Assembly (NCBI GenBank): GCA_011364925.1
Contig: RDOA01000007.1
Coordinates: 6,936-70,935 of the forward strand
DNA from: Promethearchaeota archaeon
GTDB lineage: Archaea; Asgardarchaeota; Lokiarchaeia; Sigyniarchaeales; SOKP01
Length of the DNA: 64,000 nucleotides
Reading direction: 5' to 3'
Of this stretch, positions 33,728-43,267 are shown piece by piece. Numbering within the stretch: the first letter of the stretch is position 1; every line of letters begins with the position of its first letter. Both the position numbers and the translations under genes were made by a program. The notes beneath the pieces are model-generated. The model did not search any database. It was not told the origin of the DNA and was given only the letters and a program-made list of their open reading frames with translations.

Positions 33728-34354
33728 ATGAATGATAACAAATCTTCTCAAAAAAAAAAAAAAACTAAGCTCCCAACTTTAAAAGAAAATCCTTTTGTGT
33801 TTAGAACATTATCGATGCGAGAATTTGAAACACTTCTTATATTACTTCGAAATGACGGAATAGAGCAATCAATTTTGAAGATTTTAATTGATCAGGAATT
33901 TGGTTATGAAAGTGAAACTAAAGGATACGATCACATTCGCATTTTATGTAAAAAAAAGATCAAGGATCCCGATAATGCCGAAAAATATATTACGAATCCT
34001 AAATGCTTTGCGCAGAAGAAAAAAATCAAAGAAAATGGTAGAAATGTAACAAGAATATATGTTGAAGCTGAATTTAAGAAGAAGTACGAGAAGTATATGC
34101 TTTCCACGATAAGTAATTTAGATGATTCTGTAAATGAAATTATACAAGAATACATCGAAGGAATCAGAGAAGAAGACAAAGTGCGAGAAAAATTTAAAGC
34201 GTATACAGAAACCATTATTTTAGCACTTGGTAAATTAATTTCAGAATCATCGAGTAAAAGTATGAGCAGTGAGCGCTTTCAGAAAAAAGTTTACGATACA
34301 ATTATGAGATATTACCGATCTGAAGTATTGAAGTATGAAGTGTTTTCAAGATAA
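33728..34354 (+). CDS. Hypothetical Lys-rich protein (possible DNA-binding/regulatory)
   Basis: 208-aa ORF with a basic N-terminus (SSQKKKKTKLP). No family recognised. Confidence 0.45.
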   Translation: MNDNKSSQKKKKTKLPTLKENPFVFRTLSMREFETLLILLRNDGIEQSILKILIDQEFGYESETKGYDHIRILCKKKIKDPDNAEKYITNPKCFAQKKKIKENGRNVTRIYVEAEFKKKYEKYMLSTISNLDDSVNEIIQEYIEGIREEDKVREKFKAYTETIILALGKLISESSSKSMSSERFQKKVYDTIMRYYRSEVLKYEVFSR

Positions 34355-34534
34355 AAAATAGATTTTGATCTCTCAAAAATATTGATTTTTTTATTTATAT
34401 ACATAGGACTGCTAGTTTAAATTAACAAAATCTAATAATTTTATAAGAGACAAAATTTTTGAAACCATTTTATTTAATATCGAAAAAAAGTTAACACATA
34501 ATTATAATTCATTTATTTACTCAGACATCAGAAA

Positions 34535-35257
34535 ATGTTGCTTCAAAGTATTCTTATTCAGAGAATTACTCTTGTCTTGATGTTCCAGGTATGGCCAATT
34601 TTTTTTTTATCGTACCTTGCTTACAAATTGTTAAAGAGAGCAAGAAATAGGGCCACATATTCTCTGAGTACCGTTTTTATTTTTATCGCATTTGCGTATG
34701 CGTTAATCTCATTGTCAGCATTTCTTTTTTTTCTACCTATGTCTTATTTTTTGTATATTGTTGGATTGTATTTCTTCGTTTTGGGCAACTGTTTTTTTGT
34801 CATTTTTAGTTGGGTGTTGGTAAGACTTGAGGAAAAATCTCCCTATTGGATGTATTCGTTGTGGGTCACATTTTATGGAGTACTCTCTTCATATATTATA
34901 TTATTAGGATATTTCTTTGACGGGATTAGATATGATTCTAGTACGGGATGGATTCCGACTTATAACTGGTTTTTTTTAGCGTTAAGTTGGTTAATTTTCT
35001 CGGTTTTTATAGTAATTCCTCAGATTCCTCTTTCAATTAGGTTAATAAAAGTTTTTGAAGGTAAAGTTTTAAAAAAGAGAATATATTGGTATTTAATTTG
35101 CGTATTTTTTGAATTTAGTCTGGCATTTGCTGCATTTCTCTATAACACGTGGGTAGATAATCAAATTTATAGGTTCGTTTATGTGTTTATTTTTCCCCCT
35201 TTAGGTTCGATCGGAGCATATCTAATTTACCGGAGTTTTATCAAAGAATTAGACTAG
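34535..35257 (+). CDS. Seven-TM membrane protein, tandem paralog 1
   Basis: Seven hydrophobic segments. Collinear and about half identical by eye with 35344..36063. Shared blocks: QVWPIF, LAYK.LKR..NR.TY, CFF.I.SW.LVRL, GIRYD.ST.WIPTY, LYNTW.DNQIYR. Confidence 0.65.
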   Translation: MLLQSILIQRITLVLMFQVWPIFFLSYLAYKLLKRARNRATYSLSTVFIFIAFAYALISLSAFLFFLPMSYFLYIVGLYFFVLGNCFFVIFSWVLVRLEEKSPYWMYSLWVTFYGVLSSYIILLGYFFDGIRYDSSTGWIPTYNWFFLALSWLIFSVFIVIPQIPLSIRLIKVFEGKVLKKRIYWYLICVFFEFSLAFAAFLYNTWVDNQIYRFVYVFIFPPLGSIGAYLIYRSFIKELD

Positions 35258-35343
35258 GCGCCTATAAATTATGTCCAAGCTTTTTTAACTCTTAAAAAGT
35301 TATCTTTAAATTATTGATAGTTTAATTATTATAAAGAGACAAA

Positions 35344-36063
35344 ATGCTTCTTCAAGATGCTCTTACTCAAAGAATAATTATTGTTTTAATTGTTCAAGTT
35401 TGGCCAATTTTTTATGGGTCAATTTTAGCTTATAAAATATTAAAACGTAGAAAAAATCGGTCGACCTATACACTTGCTACCCCTTTTATTTTAAATTCCA
35501 TAACATATTTCTTAGCTACACTTTCAATCCTTTTTCTAAATACACCCTTCGCATACATCTTATATATAACTGGAATATATTTTTACGCATACTGCCATTG
35601 TTTTTTCATTATTTTAAGTTGGATTTTAGTAAGACTAGATGACCAAGCTCCCTTTTGGAAATTCATCTTAATTGTTTCTTTTTATGGAATTATCTCAACT
35701 TACGTTTTTTGGATTGGATTTTATTTTAAAGGGATACGCTATGATGCGAGTACAACATGGATACCTACTTATAGTCTGTTTTTTCTCCTCTTCAGTTGGA
35801 GCTTTTTAGTAATTTTTATACTTATACCCCAAATCTATTTCTCATTTAAATTAAAAAAAATATTTGAAGGTGCAACATTAAGGCGTAGAATTAACATGTA
35901 TTTAGTTAGTTTTTATTTAGAATTTCTTGTAGTCTTTTCAGTATTTCTATATAATACTTGGATAGACAACCAGATTTACCGAATATTTTATCTTGTAATA
36001 ATGCCAGCAACTTCAACCATTGCCGCCTTTTTAGTCTATAAAGGGTTTGGTAAAAATCTATAA
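35344..36063 (+). CDS. Seven-TM membrane protein, tandem paralog 2
   Basis: See 34535..35257. Confidence 0.65.
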   Translation: MLLQDALTQRIIIVLIVQVWPIFYGSILAYKILKRRKNRSTYTLATPFILNSITYFLATLSILFLNTPFAYILYITGIYFYAYCHCFFIILSWILVRLDDQAPFWKFILIVSFYGIISTYVFWIGFYFKGIRYDASTTWIPTYSLFFLLFSWSFLVIFILIPQIYFSFKLKKIFEGATLRRRINMYLVSFYLEFLVVFSVFLYNTWIDNQIYRIFYLVIMPATSTIAAFLVYKGFGKNL

Positions 36064-36065
36064 GA

Positions 36066-36793
36066 TTAGCTTAGATACTTTAAAGCTACTTCTGTAGAAT
36101 TCTTAGCTTCCTCAACAGAAACCATTCCAATAGTGACACAACAAATATTATGGTGAGAAATATAATCATAAGCTTGGTTCACATCTAATTTTCCGGCTGC
36201 TAGAGTCTTCATGCCAATAAAGTATTTATCTTTGTTCTCGTTTACAATGCCTTCTAACTTAGTTGGATTTCCCATCAAGAATCCTTTGGCATTAAAGGGA
36301 ATTAAAAATGTCTTTACAGAGGGAAGGTTTTCGAATGCATATTCCAAAGTGGGAATAGGATTATGAACCGCTATCCCCGGAATTATACCTAGTGATTCAA
36401 TATCATTAATTAATTTTCCTAATATCTCATCTTTTCGATCTGAAATCATTCCATGGGCAAAAATTATCTTTGCGTCAAGAGCTGCTAAAACATCAATCAT
36501 CGGATCAGGACCTGGATATGTAGACCCAGTTATAATAAAGTCGTCGTGAGTTTCTGCCATAGTTTTTGCAGCTTCACCAACTTTTCCTGCCGGAACCAAC
36601 TCAATTCCACGTCCTCCAGCCTCATAACTAGCATTTAATATTTCTAAAACAGCATCCTTATCGTTTAGAAATTTCTTACGATAAAACCACGCATTTACAC
36701 CAAATTGTCCAGCTCCTAAAAAGGGGGAAGTTCCAACAGATACAAGTGGGATTTTCTTTCCGTCTATCTCGTAAAAAATAATCTAACCACCAT
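36066..36793 (-). CDS. Conserved hypothetical protein; the reading frame is interrupted near the start (apparent -1 frameshift in a T6 run) or it uses a non-canonical start
   Basis: The track ORF (TTG 36599) is N-terminally short. The same frame stays open up to 36782 and encodes IIFYEIDGKKIPLVSVGTSPFLGAGQFGVNAWFYRKKF...GGRGIEL. An ATG at 36793..36791 sits in the neighbouring frame: ATG GTG GTT AGA TTA TTT TTT ACG AGA TAG. Confidence 0.55.
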
Positions 36794-36930
36794 AAAGTTT
36801 TATATTTTTTAGCAAAATTTTTCAATCATTATAAACCTTTATGTGAATTTGATTAATCACCTAATTAATAAAAAGTATAAAAATTCTACAATCTAAATTA
36901 TATTAATTCTCAAATAAAGGTAACAAAAAA

Positions 36931-38769
36931 ATGACAGATCCAAATGCGATAAAGAACAATCCATTTATAGAGTTAGGTGAGATCCCCGAAAAAAAGTATA
37001 AAGAGGGGTATATCATTGAAACAGCTTATATTACAGTACGGGATGGAGTGAAGATTGCTGCTACAATTTGTCTTCCTAAAGGACTTCCTCCCAACGCTAA
37101 AATTCCTACTGTTTTAACTCAAACTAGATATTGGAGAGCTATGGAATTACGAATTCCGTTTAGGTGGATCCTTGATAGTATGGTACCGAACGCTCCAAAT
37201 CCAGAAGTTGTAACTAGTCGGGGTTATGCCCTTATATACACTGATGTTCGTGGAACGGGAGCTTCAACGGGATCAAGAACTACTCCTTTTTCTGAAGAGG
37301 AAGTTAAAGACGGATACGATATTGTGGAGTGGATTATTGCTCAACCTTGGTCAGATGGAAATGTGGTCTCCAAAGGTATTTCTTATACAGGAATTACGGC
37401 AGAAATGTTTGCGAGGAACTTGCATCCAGCAATTAAAGCAGTAATTCCCGGTCATGGATTTTGGGATCCATATACAGATGTTGCGTTTCCCGGTGGATGT
37501 TTTGACTATGGTTTCATTCAGATGTGGTCGTTTATTGGCAAGAATCTAGATTTAAACAACCCTAAAGTATTTAGGCAAGTCATGCCCGATGCGTGGCTGG
37601 TTGTGAAGGGCGTAAAATCCGTTAAATCAGATAAAGATTTAGAATTGTTGAATGAAGCAATAACACAGCATAAATCTAATCAATATGTTTACGAACATAC
37701 TCTTGATAAGAGTTATCGAGACGATCAAATTTTAGACGGTTCTTCTTTTGATGACTTCAGCGTTTTCGCCCATAAACAAGAAATCGCGCGTTCTAATCTA
37801 CCAATTCTTGCTTGGTGTTCGTGGTTAGATTCTGGTTATGGAGATGCTATTATCCATAGATTCATGAATACTCCTAATCCTCATATTGCTATTTTAGGCG
37901 ATTGGAGTCATGGAGCAATTCTACCTGCGAATCAATTTTTTCCTAACAGAACTACAGTAACTCCTGCACCAAGAGATAAGGTGAATGCTTGGATTAATTT
38001 CTATGACAAGTGTATTTACGGTGAAGGTATCCAAGGAAAAGTGATATATTATTATACCTTAGTTGAGGAAAAATGGAAAAAATCTAATGTTTGGCCACCA
38101 TTTGGGCATAATTACCAAAAATGGTATTTTTCTGATAATTTTACATTAACTCAAGAAAAACCTGAGAGCACTGTTGGAGAAGACTCGTATAAAGTTAATT
38201 TTCGCGCAACAACGGGGAGAAATAACCGATGGTGGGCTTTATTAGGGCTTCCGATAACCTACGAAAATAGAGCGAAAGTCGATGAAAAGTTAATATGCTA
38301 CACCAGCCAACCATTAGAAAGCGATACTGAAATTACTGGGCAAATAATACTTTGTTTATATCTGAAATCAACGCACGATGATGGGTCAATTTTCGCCTAT
38401 TTCGAGGATGTAGACGAGAACGGTAAGATCACTTATATAACAGATGGTGAATTTCGAGTAATTCACAGAAAAATTTTAACTGAGAATCCCCCTTACAAAA
38501 TATTGATTCCATATCATAGCTACAAAAAAGAGGATGCCGCTCCTCTCGTTCCGGGGGAAATAACAGAGATAAAGTTTGGATTACACTCAACTTCAGTTCT
38601 CATAAAAAAGGGTCATCGAATTAAGATTGGTATTGCTGGTGCAGATAAAGATACCTTCATCAGGTATCCTGCTGAAGGAAGACCGACAATCACTATTTCG
38701 AGAAATAGTACCTATGCTTCATATCTTGAGATTCCAATTATCAAAAAACAACAGGAGGGTGAAAAATAA
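36931..38769 (+). CDS. CocE/NonD-family hydrolase (peptidase S15 / X-Pro dipeptidyl-peptidase-like)
   Basis: Motifs: ITVRDGVKIAATICLPKG, GYALIYTDVRGTGASTGS, EEVKDGYDIVEWIIAQPWSDGNVVSKGISYTG. Confidence 0.85.
   Translation: MTDPNAIKNNPFIELGEIPEKKYKEGYIIETAYITVRDGVKIAATICLPKGLPPNAKIPTVLTQTRYWRAMELRIPFRWILDSMVPNAPNPEVVTSRGYALIYTDVRGTGASTGSRTTPFSEEEVKDGYDIVEWIIAQPWSDGNVVSKGISYTGITAEMFARNLHPAIKAVIPGHGFWDPYTDVAFPGGCFDYGFIQMWSFIGKNLDLNNPKVFRQVMPDAWLVVKGVKSVKSDKDLELLNEAITQHKSNQYVYEHTLDKSYRDDQILDGSSFDDFSVFAHKQEIARSNLPILAWCSWLDSGYGDAIIHRFMNTPNPHIAILGDWSHGAILPANQFFPNRTTVTPAPRDKVNAWINFYDKCIYGEGIQGKVIYYYTLVEEKWKKSNVWPPFGHNYQKWYFSDNFTLTQEKPESTVGEDSYKVNFRATTGRNNRWWALLGLPITYENRAKVDEKLICYTSQPLESDTEITGQIILCLYLKSTHDDGSIFAYFEDVDENGKITYITDGEFRVIHRKILTENPPYKILIPYHSYKKEDAAPLVPGEITEIKFGLHSTSVLIKKGHRIKIGIAGADKDTFIRYPAEGRPTITISRNSTYASYLEIPIIKKQQEGEK
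38754..38762 (+). promoter_or_regulatory. Shine-Dalgarno-like GGAGGGTGA inside the end of the upstream gene; stop and start overlap (TAATG) at 38767..38771
   Basis: The sequence acaGGAGGGTGAaaaaTAATGg is read directly. It suggests translational coupling of 38769..39128 to the hydrolase gene. Confidence 0.5.
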
Positions 38770-39128
38770 TGGAAGAATTACTACCCAGTCTAAAAGGAAT
38801 GCTTAAAGAAGCGATAGACATCGATAATGATGCATTAAATTTAACGATCACATTAACAGTTAAAAACAAAATTAATGGAGTTATCGCTGAGCCCGAAGAA
38901 GTCGGTATAATGTTGAAAATGTATGGCGGTTTAACAGAAGAAATCCCGATGGAAATCAATATAGACAATGAGAATCAAAAAATCATTTTAAAGTTCAAAA
39001 ATGAAGAAGATTTTATGGAAATCGCTGAAATTTTTAAGAAAATATGGGATAACGCTATTGATCTGCTTTATCAAGCAATAAAAAGCGATTTTAGTCGCAT
39101 TAAAAACATCCCTGATATCGACGATTAA
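38769..39128 (+). CDS. Hypothetical acidic protein, translationally coupled to the CocE/NonD hydrolase gene
   Basis: 119-aa ORF, TAATG overlap, SD-like element upstream. Confidence 0.55.
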   Translation: MEELLPSLKGMLKEAIDIDNDALNLTITLTVKNKINGVIAEPEEVGIMLKMYGGLTEEIPMEINIDNENQKIILKFKNEEDFMEIAEIFKKIWDNAIDLLYQAIKSDFSRIKNIPDIDD

Positions 39129-39137
39129 ACTTTTTTT

Positions 39138-40130
39138 TTACTTTTTCTTTATTAATTGGCTTGAAGTCTGAGAATCTTTTTGTAATACTTCAAAAAATTT
39201 TGATAAATCGATATTGCCACCACTGATTATTAATCCAACTTTTTTATTCTTTATTAATGATGGTTCGATGTTGCCTGATAATAATCCTGCTAAAGGTACT
39301 GCCCCTGAAGGTTCTACAACGAGTTTCATGCGTTCCCAATAGAATTTCATAGCGTCAATAATTTGCTCTTCAGAAACGGTAACGATATCATCGACATATT
39401 CTTGAATTATTGGAAATGTCTTTTCTCCTACAGAAGTCCTTAATCCATCTGCAATTGTATTTGCGTTTACAACTGGTAAGCGCATTCCCGATTGAAATGA
39501 ACGATAGGCATCATCCGCGTTTTTGGGTTCTATACCTATAACTTTTATTCTTGGAAGTAATCCTTTTGCTGCAATCGAGCACCCACTAATCAAACCACCA
39601 CCTCCTATTGGAACAAGTAATAAGTCGATTGGTTTTATCGAAGTTAAAAATTCGTACGCAGTCGTACCAGCTCCAAATATAACGTTGTAATCATCGAAAG
39701 GATGAACTAACCTGTAACCGTATTGTTCCACGAGTTCTTCAGCCATCTTAGCTCGATCACCAGGATTATTTCCACAGAATATTACATCTGCTCCATAACC
39801 TTTAGTAGCTTGGATTTTGGAAGGAGTTGCATTATTCGGCATAATTATCGTAGCCTTTATTTTCAGCATTGCAGATACTAAAGCAACAGCTTGAGCGAAA
39901 TTTCCCGAAGAGTGAGCTATAATCCCTTTTTTTCTCTCATCATTCGATATGTGGCTAATCACGTTCCACGCTCCTCTAAACTTAAAGGAACCTGTACGTT
40001 GAAAGTTCTCGCACTTAACAATTACATCTTTTGCGCCTGTAATTGAATCTAAAGTCCTACTAGTCATAACTGGTGTTGCATTTGCCACATATGAGATTAA
40101 CTTAGCTGCGTTTTTAATACTTTTAAAAAT
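39138..40130 (-). CDS. PLP-dependent threonine/serine dehydratase (serine-racemase-like fold type II)
   Basis: Motifs: ENFQRTGSFKFRGAWNVI, HSSGNFAQAVAL, PIGGGGLISG. The N-terminal helix FKSIKNAAKLISYVANATPVMTSRTL lies upstream of the only canonical start (GTG 40088). The open frame begins with ATT at 40130..40128, right after a TAA. Confidence 0.85.
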   Translation of the reverse strand: MFKSIKNAAKLISYVANATPVMTSRTLDSITGAKDVIVKCENFQRTGSFKFRGAWNVISHISNDERKKGIIAHSSGNFAQAVALVSAMLKIKATIIMPNNATPSKIQATKGYGADVIFCGNNPGDRAKMAEELVEQYGYRLVHPFDDYNVIFGAGTTAYEFLTSIKPIDLLLVPIGGGGLISGCSIAAKGLLPRIKVIGIEPKNADDAYRSFQSGMRLPVVNANTIADGLRTSVGEKTFPIIQEYVDDIVTVSEEQIIDAMKFYWERMKLVVEPSGAVPLAGLLSGNIEPSLIKNKKVGLIISGGNIDLSKFFEVLQKDSQTSSQLIKKK

Positions 40131-40232
40131 TTAAATCAACTCGCTATTTAGTTTAAAGGACAATTTGATTGTATTAATTAGTATAATAATATTAGTAATC
40201 TTAAAAAAAATGTTAATATGAGTTGAGAGCTT

Positions 40233-41340
40233 TTATTGCTGTTGAGCTAGTTGTAGGGGAGGAATAAATACTTCCCGAAGCCCAGTTCTTTCTAATTTCC
40301 TTGCTTTCTCAGGGCAATGATGAGCACAGAGGCCACAACCTATACATTTATTAAGAATTGTTGAGGAAAGAGCATCTACTAATTCAATTGCGTCTATTGG
40401 GCATTTGCTTATGCAAGTTCCACATCCTGTGCATTTATTTTTATTGACTCTTGCGATATAGTAAGTTAAAGTATGAAAAGGGAGTATTCCTCTCTTATAT
40501 AGTTGGAAAAACTGACAGCAACAATCACAACAGTTACAAAATGCATTTTCTTCTTGGTCTGGATTTTTCAGATGAATAGCTTTGTGGATAAGCCCATCTT
40601 CTTCAGCTTCTTTCAAGATTTCTAAGGCTTTTGCTTTAGATATTAGGGTACTAAACTTGTGATCTATAAGAAATTGAGCGTATCTTCCGAATTGAAAGCA
40701 ACATAATTTCGGGCTTTCTAATTTACATTCTTGTTGTAAGTTATTTTTCCAATTTCTACAATAACAATAATTAACAGCTATAATTTCATTTCTTTCTATA
40801 ATACTTTTAGCGTTTTCATAAGGTAATACTACATCTCGATATGCTTCGACTTCTTTATTAACAGGAACAACTCTATCTATTGGTTTACGAGCCTTAAACT
40901 GCTCTACAATTACATTATAATTACTTTGAGTCAAGTCCCTTAACTCATCTAATAATTTATCTATCTGTTTAGCTACTTCCTTCTGCTTATTGCCTTGTTC
41001 ACCTCTCATAAAAGGATATTCAATAAGCCCTGGAAGGATTGAGATTAATGAGTATACCATACTTCCCGTACTCCTACTTGGAATTCCCATTATTATTCCA
41101 TTATCCATTAATTCATTGAGCATCTTTTTTAGTTCTAGATCGTTTAACTCAGTTTTAGATTTAATCTGTTCCAAATTTAACGACCGTTTCCTAAAGAGTG
41201 ACAGAAATTTTGCTTGATCTTCATTTACTAAAGTCTGAATTAGCTTAATTAATGTATCACTTATGGGGATAGGTGCACCTCCAGCATTAACAAAATTTCT
41301 CGCAACTTTTTGCCATAATTTCTCTGAAATTTTTAATCAT
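40233..41340 (-). CDS. Cys-rich Fe-S protein (N-terminal helical/wHTH-like region, CNCCxCCC motif, C-terminal 2x[4Fe-4S] ferredoxin domain); apparent +1 frameshift 3 codons after the ATG
   Basis: Motifs: CYCRNWKNNLQQEC...CCFQFG...GLIHKAIHL...FCNCCDCCCQ...CTGCGTCISKCP...CIGCGLCAHHCP. The frame is open upstream of the track start (TTG 41174) to 41336 and encodes SEKLWQKVARNFVNAGGAPIPISDTLIKLIQ, which is homologous to the N-terminus of 50639..51820. ATG 41340..41338 is out of frame by one nucleotide across an A5 run. Confidence 0.7.
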
Positions 41341-41542
41341 CTTTTAATTATAATTCAAATTACGCATATTATCTATTCTCAAAATCCTAAATTATTTCAA
41401 GTGTCTGCTCCATCTTTCCTTTATACATTAGTTTCTCCACTTGTACTAGTAATTACTTGTACTAATGAGTCTAATAATTTTTTTAATCTTAAAAAAAATG
41501 CCAATACAAATTATAAATATGATAATAACAAATACCATAATT

Positions 41543-42355
41543 ATGCCATATGTAGAGATTGACAAGGGTTATAAAGTCTATTATATAGAAAAAGGCAAAG
41601 GAAGGAATCTTGTATTTATCCATGGTTTTTTAGGCTCTTCTTGGTTATTCGAAGCTCAACTCGATTATTTCTCAAGCAATTTTCATACGATTGCTATAGA
41701 TCATTTAGGTCATGGCAAAAGCGATAAACCAGAGTCAGAATCCTACGAGTTAACGGATTTAACTAATTTTTTGGATGCCACACTCTCAAAAATCATTGGC
41801 GACGAAAAAATCATCTTGGTGGGACACTCAATGGGTGGCATGATAAGTTTGCTATATACTTCAAATCCAAATTTAGCTAAAAGATTGGATGGCCTAATTT
41901 TAATGTCAACAGCTCCTAAACTTAATAATCCTGGTTTAGTTCAATATATTAAAGATTTAAAATCAGGTGAAATGTCTCTCAAAGACAGGGAAACGATTGA
42001 GACAGTTTTTGTAGGACTCTGTTTTCAACGCAAAGCCCGAAAAGAACAAACTAATTTAATAAAAGAATTCGCAGATTTGACGTTACAAAATGAGGAGTAC
42101 GTTGGTTTAAGAACGATGGAGTCAATTGTAAATAATTATAATGTAGAAGATAAATTATCAAGCATTAACATACCTACATTAATTCTTACTGGAGACAAAG
42201 ATATATTTATTCTTCCAGACGAATCGAAATTGATGAATCAGAAAATTCCTAATTCAAAATTAGTAATATTAACGCCAAAAATAGGACATATGATTCAATA
42301 CGAAGCTACAGAAGATTATCATAAAGCAATAGAAGATTTTCTAGGAGAAATATAG
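41543..42355 (+). CDS. Alpha/beta hydrolase
   Basis: Motifs: MPYVEIDKGYKVYYIEKGKGRNLVFIHGFLGSS, DHLGHGKSD, LVGHSMGG, IGHMIQ. The track ORF starts earlier (41465), but the M at 41543 fits the family N-terminus. Confidence 0.85.
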   Translation: MPYVEIDKGYKVYYIEKGKGRNLVFIHGFLGSSWLFEAQLDYFSSNFHTIAIDHLGHGKSDKPESESYELTDLTNFLDATLSKIIGDEKIILVGHSMGGMISLLYTSNPNLAKRLDGLILMSTAPKLNNPGLVQYIKDLKSGEMSLKDRETIETVFVGLCFQRKARKEQTNLIKEFADLTLQNEEYVGLRTMESIVNNYNVEDKLSSINIPTLILTGDKDIFILPDESKLMNQKIPNSKLVILTPKIGHMIQYEATEDYHKAIEDFLGEI

Positions 42356-42431
42356 CCCTCCTGTAAAATAGATATTCATTTAAAATAATGGATATAAAAA
42401 AAATATAAAAAATATTTAATTCATTCTTTTT

Positions 42432-43157
42432 TTAACCTCTTACTCCTAAGTACATGAGTGAGATACTAGCAACTAGACCTATTCTAATAAAGAATGTATA
42501 TATTCCAGGGTCAAATAATCCGTCGAGAGCACCACAAATTATGAAAACGATCCAACCCAAAGAGAGATATAAAAATTTTCTTCTAATAGCACCAGCGGCT
42601 TTCCGACTCTTACTTAAAAATCCAAATCCGTTAAAAATAAGACCTGAAATTAAAAATACCAGCATTAAAATGAATGCTATCGATCTAGGATTCATGCTAG
42701 TATTGAGTAGAGCGGTTCCATGGGGATCTTCTGGAAGTCGGTAAATGGCTTCGGGGTTAGTCAAAGAGTAATAAAAAACGATTATTTCAAATATTACGCT
42801 CAAAACTGCGTAAATTGAGACAATTAATTTCTTTCTATTAGGTGCCAATAGTTCTGCACCAATATAGAGTCCAAATATAGTAATTGGTGCTGTCCAAGTA
42901 TAACTAAGAAGTCCATATAGCCAATATGGATCCAAATTATCTTCGGTAAAAAGAATATGTATCAGATCTACGGAAGCTCCTAATAATATAAAACCAGCAC
43001 TCATAGTTGCCAAACCTGTTACGATTAATAAAGTAGATTTTAGCTTCGTACCTTTATAGAAACTCAATATTCCAACTATAATACCCGCACTGACAACAGC
43101 TAAAGCTGTTAATCCATCTAACCAGCCAATTGGATTAAGATTAATATCAAAAAGCAT
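42432..43157 (-). CDS. Hypothetical polytopic membrane protein
   Basis: 241-aa ORF with about 7 hydrophobic segments. No motif. Confidence 0.55.
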   Translation of the reverse strand: MLFDINLNPIGWLDGLTALAVVSAGIIVGILSFYKGTKLKSTLLIVTGLATMSAGFILLGASVDLIHILFTEDNLDPYWLYGLLSYTWTAPITIFGLYIGAELLAPNRKKLIVSIYAVLSVIFEIIVFYYSLTNPEAIYRLPEDPHGTALLNTSMNPRSIAFILMLVFLISGLIFNGFGFLSKSRKAAGAIRRKFLYLSLGWIVFIICGALDGLFDPGIYTFFIRIGLVASISLMYLGVRG

Positions 43158-43267
43158 ATTATCACATTAATAAAGTGATTTCATTTTTTATAAATATTTG
43201 ATGTTATCCTTTTTAAAACTATTTCTTTCACATTCTATAAGACTTTTTTATCCTTGATCGGATTTCT

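Noticed and set aside
36783-36785. In-frame TAG (also TAG at 62230..62232) as possible pyrrolysine or read-through codons
   Set aside because: No pyl genes or PYLIS-like context are visible. At 36783 the sequence upstream of the TAG in that frame does not look coding. At 62230 the gene shows other decay marks (deletion, truncation).
41263-41562. 99-aa plus-strand ORF and the long 41465 start of the hydrolase ORF
   Set aside because: 41263..41340 is antisense to the extended Fe-S gene N-terminus. The remainder is AT-rich promoter sequence. The hydrolase family N-terminus begins at the M encoded at 41543.
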